NCBI RefSeq assembly: GCF_006345805.1
Contig: NC_043025.1
Span: 5,580,001-5,644,000, forward strand
Length of the DNA stretch: 64,000 nt
Direction of reading: 5' to 3'
From: Octopus sinensis
Taxonomy: Eukaryota
Translations under genes and position numbers: made by a program
The notes under the pieces: model-generated
The model's database searches: none
Seen by the model: the letters and a program-made list of their open reading frames with translations, nothing else
What the model was told of the DNA's origin: nothing
Part shown: positions 63,524 through 64,000 of the stretch, one piece after another
Layout: every line of letters starts with the position of its first letter
Numbering within the stretch: position 1 is the stretch's first letter

Positions 63524-64000
63524 CACACACATATATACACAAATACATACACACACATACACACACAAATACATACACACACATACACACACATATACAC
63601 ACAAATACATACACACACATACACACACAAATACATACACACCCATACACACACATATACACACAAATACATACACACACATACACACACAAATACACAC
63701 ACACACACACACACACATATAGATACACACACACAGTGTTGGGTTTATATTCTTATCTATGAGTTTCTCTGCTTTGTTGTCTCTCGGATGTTTTATCTTC
63801 GTCTCTTGTAAATATATTTGATGTCTCTGGAGCCAATGGCAATACAGCTTTGCTGATTGTTTACTAGCTGTGGGAAGTGGGCTTTTTTCTGAGAAAAGAC
63901 CCGTGTAATTGCGCTGGTGGAAAAACGAAAAAGGCGGTAAAAACATATCGTTTTTTTTCTAATTTATATGTATATATAGGCGCAGGAGTGGCTGTGTGGT

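Overview
Eukaryotic, very repeat-dense genomic window. The SINE/LINE families and the saturation with (TA)n/(CA)n/(ATT)n microsatellites point to an octopod cephalopod; this is inferred from recognising the families, not from a search. Two host genes are supported. (1) The last four coding exons of a TMEM120 (TACAN-family) gene on + (3991-9312), ending in an unusual Thr/Ser-rich tail of about 130 aa. (2) A single-coding-exon alpha-kinase-domain gene on - (33975-34790) whose catalytic motifs are degenerate while its zinc site is intact, and whose splice acceptor is triplicated in tandem. The rest is mobile DNA: a train of three LINEs (one CR1-like, two RTE) at 14.9-25.6 kb, at least five tRNA-derived or LINE-tail SINE-like families, an (AAT)n-targeted non-coding element, a tandem array of piggyBac-type MITEs, two large foldback palindromes (one centred on two convergent tRNA-like Pol III heads), mariner and Helitron remnants, and several mini/satellites. 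Most ORFs in the supplied track are microsatellite artefacts. There is no CRISPR array, rRNA or convincing functional tRNA. A 100-N gap lies at 47784-47883.
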